Of a stretch of 64,000 bases of DNA, positions 60,603 to 64,000 are shown piece by piece. This DNA is from Planctomycetota bacterium (GTDB taxonomy: Bacteria; Planctomycetota; UBA8108; SXIK01). Made by a program: the position numbers and the translations under genes. A model generated the notes under the pieces. That model worked only from the letters and a program-made list of their open reading frames with translations, was not told the DNA's origin and did no database searches. The stretch lies in the NCBI GenBank assembly GCA_965223265.1, contig OZ244999.1:2368001-2432000 (forward strand), in the 5' to 3' direction. Numbering within the stretch: position 1 is the first letter of the stretch; the number at the start of each line of letters is the position of its first letter.

Positions 60603-61805
60603 ATGCTCTACCGTGCCACCCCTCAACGCGGCCACGCCTTGATCCTCAGCGTCATGGCTCTCGCCCTGTTGGCCGGACTTTCGGCGGCTCAGGTTACTTC
60701 GTACGTGAAAAATCAGCAGCAGGCCTCCTTTTTTGAGACGCGATCTGAGTTGCGGGACGCCGCTGAGTCGGGTCTTGCCATCGCGGTGCATGACTTCGAG
60801 AGCGGTGCCGGCGAGCTGGGATTCATCGGTACGAGCGCATGGACCACGGACTCTGACTTTGGCGCCGACGGCTATCCTGGAACGCTTGACGACGGTGAGT
60901 CAGACGGTTTGCCGACAGCAGGAGAGCCTGGAGTTTTTCCGGTTCGGTTCGGGGCTGATCGTTTTCGTATGAGAGTCTACACGACAGTCGTTGACACTGC
61001 GTTTCCGAACGTGCGCCGTGCGATCTCCACCGCCATCACGGATTCGGACCAGGTTACTGTTGAGAAGTTGATTCAGACGACTGAGGCGTTCACGATCCCG
61101 AAAGTCGGCGCACTCTTCGTTGACCCAGGCGTGGCACTCGATTTCAACGGCAATGCTTTCTTTATCTCGGGGAACGACACCAATCCCGACGGCTCTGAGG
61201 GAAGCGGCGACGATCTTGCTGCACTGTCGACGGAAGAGGATCCCGACGAGCCAGGCGACAATCTCAACTCCCTCATGTCACAGCTCGACGACAAGACGTA
61301 CGATCAGCTCGAAGGTGCCGGCGGTTTTCCGTCCGTCGACGAGAGCAGCGACATCGACGTGAACGCCCTCGCAGACCAGCTCTTCGCCATGGCGACGCCG
61401 CTGGAGCCCGGCGACTACTCGAGCGCCAGCTTCGGCAACTGGGAAAATCAGGACTTCCAGCTTCAGGCCGTACAGGGCAACCTGACGCTCTCGGGGTCGA
61501 CCAGTGGTGCTGGAATCCTCGTCGTCGACGGCTCACTGGATATCAGCGGCGAGTTTCAATACTACGGCCTCATTCTCGTCCGCGGCGACCTGCGCCTCAC
61601 CGGCGGTGGGTCGCAGGCTCACGTCTATGGCGCCGTCATGGTGACGGACTCCTTCAGCGCGATTGACCCGAGCGACTCCGGCGAGAGCGAAGTGACAGTG
61701 AACGGCACCGCCGACATCTACTACAGCTCGCAGGTCATCGACGCGATTCAGAATGCGTTTCAGCGAGACCCGACGCTTTCGACTCTCTACTACAAGGAGT
61801 CGTGA
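60603..61805 (+). CDS. PilX-like N-terminal domain protein
   Basis: QRGHALILSV..., AAESGL motif, C-terminal beta-helix-like region (GILVVDG, GLILV). Confidence 0.75.
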   Translation: MLYRATPQRGHALILSVMALALLAGLSAAQVTSYVKNQQQASFFETRSELRDAAESGLAIAVHDFESGAGELGFIGTSAWTTDSDFGADGYPGTLDDGESDGLPTAGEPGVFPVRFGADRFRMRVYTTVVDTAFPNVRRAISTAITDSDQVTVEKLIQTTEAFTIPKVGALFVDPGVALDFNGNAFFISGNDTNPDGSEGSGDDLAALSTEEDPDEPGDNLNSLMSQLDDKTYDQLEGAGGFPSVDESSDIDVNALADQLFAMATPLEPGDYSSASFGNWENQDFQLQAVQGNLTLSGSTSGAGILVVDGSLDISGEFQYYGLILVRGDLRLTGGGSQAHVYGAVMVTDSFSAIDPSDSGESEVTVNGTADIYYSSQVIDAIQNAFQRDPTLSTLYYKES

Positions 61806-61816
61806 GCACTCCCGGG

Positions 61817-61855
61817 GGGGCCGGAGTCGACGGACTTCGGCCCAGGTTCATTTTT
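61817..61855 (+). terminator. Putative terminator
   Basis: GGGCCGGAGTC-GACG-GACTTCGGCCC stem followed by a T-run. Confidence 0.5.
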
Positions 61856-62234
61856 GACCCCGACGGAGGAATCGGCCGTTCGGTGAGGCGATGGCAACTT
61901 TCCGCTGGTGAAAAACGCCCGCCTTACGGCGGATCGCCGTCAGAGACAACCGTTTCCGGTGCTGACGGGAATTCTCATGCAGCTCTGAGAGTTCGGAGAC
62001 AAGAGCTGACCGCAGACGGAGCTCCAAACAGAGCGTGATCTGACCAGCTGACCAGCCGCCCTACGGCGGTCGCACGCGGTCAGGTTGATTCGAGCATGGC
62101 GTTTTCAGCTCCGCGTCAAGAGTCGTGGTTAACCTACGCCCCTGAGTTGCGACAACTGCATGAGAATCCCCTTCGTAGTGTCAAAACGAGAGCCCCCGAC
62201 AGAGGTGCGCCCCCGAAGCACGTCGTTTCGACGT

Positions 62235-62349
62235 CCGAAGCAACGACCTGATTGACCGCCTTGCAAGGGCGCAGAAGGAACTGGCGCTGCGCACAGCGTC
62301 TGGTGATCATGTAAGTCGTCCCAGGGATGATTCGTCGCGGCGCTGTCAT
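62235..62349 (-). pseudogene. N-terminal remnant of a RAYT/IS200-like Y1 transposase
   Basis: MTAPRRIIPGTTYMITRRCAQRQFLLRP; similarity ends before any HUH motif. Confidence 0.65.
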
Positions 62350-62620
62350 CGCCGCGACCTATAGGCAAACGCTGTTCCACGGGGTGGAAGCGGTGGGCAA
62401 TCCGACGTAAATCAGTGCGAGAACTCAGTCTCGTCAGCACTGCCGACTCTCAAGACATCGATCAGTTGTTTCATAATTGCTACAGTGTTCGAATACGGAC
62501 GACCGAATTTGACATCGCGGGTTTTTTGTTCGATTTGTGACGCTATCTTGTTGTCAAGAAGCCGAAAAGATGACCCTGGGACGGGTTCGACGGGCATTGG
62601 AGGGTAGAATGGAAGGATCG

Positions 62621-63497
62621 ATGAGACGGTGTTTTCTGTTCGCAAGAGCCGTGGGTGGTGGCGATTACGAGAGAAGAGTCGTTTCGGACTTGCAACTCGA
62701 CGACGTGTCTCAGGTCTCTTTCTCATCGTCCGGGAGTCGGCTTGCGGTGGCCACCGGCTTCCGGATTTGATGACTCCCTGTTGGTGGTCGAGGTGAAGTT
62801 GGGATTTCTTCGCCGTTCGGCGGCGGGAGGCATGCGTGTCGACGACTTTCGATTGGAAGGCGACTTGGCGTTCGATTTTTTAGGCGAATCTCCCTTCTTC
62901 TTGCTGGGAAGGAAGGAGTCTCCGGTCGAGATTTGGACGTACGAAACGTGGCCGCCGCACAAAGTCGCGGACATCGAGGTGAAGTGGGACTATTACTTCT
63001 TGTTCCCGTGGGAACTCAGGTCGAACGCTGACGACCATACACTCGTCATCGAAACTGAAGATACAATCCGGGCGTACGTGTTGAAGACGGGGACGACTGC
63101 GACCTCGGCGCTTGTCGCTGAGCGGAAGAGTTCAGGCATTCTATCTTGCTCGCTCTCCGACGATGGAATGACGCTGGACTATTTGACGGAGGACGGTGAG
63201 CTTCGAGAGTGGGAGCTCGCAACCAGCAAAGATCGGCTTGTGGCACAAGAATCTGTTTTCGACGACTTCTCGGATTCCTCGATCTTGGCGTCTTTGGAGA
63301 GCTTCATAGTGGTTTTCGAGACAAACCGCCGATGGTTTGTTGGTCGTCACCGAGCTGTGATCGTGGAGCGATCATCCGGCAGATCTATCAGCGACTCGGC
63401 GCTCCCGAGCCGAGTCACCGATGTTCAGGAGTTCGGCGACGGGCGACACATCGTTGTCGGAAGTGCTGACGGCAGCGCTTCAATTCTTCGCTTTTGA
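62621..63497 (+). pseudogene. WD40-like protein, frameshifted near 62760
   Basis: VSFSSSGSRLAVA in one frame, continuing with SLSDDGMTL..LREWEL and DGRHIVVGSADGSASI in another. Confidence 0.6.
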
Positions 63498-63515
63498 ACA
63501 AGCAAGACGGTTGAA

Positions 63516-63704
63516 GTGGGGGGCTGGGTAACAGCTGACAATGCGGGCGATCGCCACAAGGTGTCTTTCGTTCTGCGAGGATCTGTGGATTGGTCAGACG
63601 AGAGAGTTGTCAGGTACTTCGCAAGATCCAGTATCGTATTCCAATCGACTTGGTCAGTTTTCATGGCATTCTGGGACGACTTTCTAAGTGTCGAAGATGA
63701 CTGA
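63516..63704 (+). pseudogene. Gene fragment, possibly immunity-protein-like
   Basis: Protein-like ...STWSVFMAFWDDFL without a clear start; family call tentative. Confidence 0.35.
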
Positions 63705-63710
63705 GACCGT

Positions 63711-64000
63711 ATGGATTGGAATGCAAAATTACGCGACGCGGTACAGGAATCGGACTACGGGGGCACGATCTGGGCAATCAGAGGCGGTGCGGACGCAAAC
63801 GTTCGGGACGGTGACGGCGACCCTATACTCGTTTCGGCGTTCCTCTCCGGCGACCTTGAGATTGTTCGACTCCTTCTTGACGCTGGTGCAGATCCTAATA
63901 CGCGAGATGGCAGCGGCTGTCCGCTCTTGAGATTCGTGCCGATTAAAGCCGCGGAGGTCCTCATCGAAGCAGGCGCCAATCCAAACGCGAGTGATTCCGT
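63711..64000 (+). CDS. Ankyrin-repeat protein (runs off the window)
   Basis: Manual translation: MDWNAKLRDAVQ..GADANVRDGDG..GDLEIVRLLLDAGADPNTRD..LIEAGANPN. Confidence 0.8.
   Translation, partial: MDWNAKLRDAVQESDYGGTIWAIRGGADANVRDGDGDPILVSAFLSGDLEIVRLLLDAGADPNTRDGSGCPLLRFVPIKAAEVLIEAGANPNASDS

Overview
GC-rich bacterial chromosome segment, most likely Planctomycetota (inferred from DUF1501, DUF1549/1553, DUF1552, TIGR03067-like, PVC-type heme protein and dockerin-tagged secreted proteins). About 4.0-16.5 kb is a decayed island downstream of tRNA-Asp. It holds an FG-GAP/dockerin gene between ~40-bp direct repeats, an IS701-like element inserted at the end of a MITE, two tyrosine-integrase remnants, a Hen1-Pnkp RNA-repair operon whose pnkp is split by an IS4 element, and several gene fragments. 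Upstream of the tRNA are a coiled-coil/double winged-helix protein and a translationally coupled pair: a degenerate BY-kinase (Wzc-like) gene and a ParB-domain/HD-GYP fusion. This pair is the best candidate for an undescribed system. The remainder has a phospho-sugar mutase, cohesin/dockerin proteins, a methyltransferase/deacetylase islet, NfeD-flotillin, planctomycete DUF genes, a G-rich microsatellite, REP-like repeats, a RAYT remnant and a second fragment-rich zone at the right edge. All family calls are from motif recognition by eye; no database searches were run.
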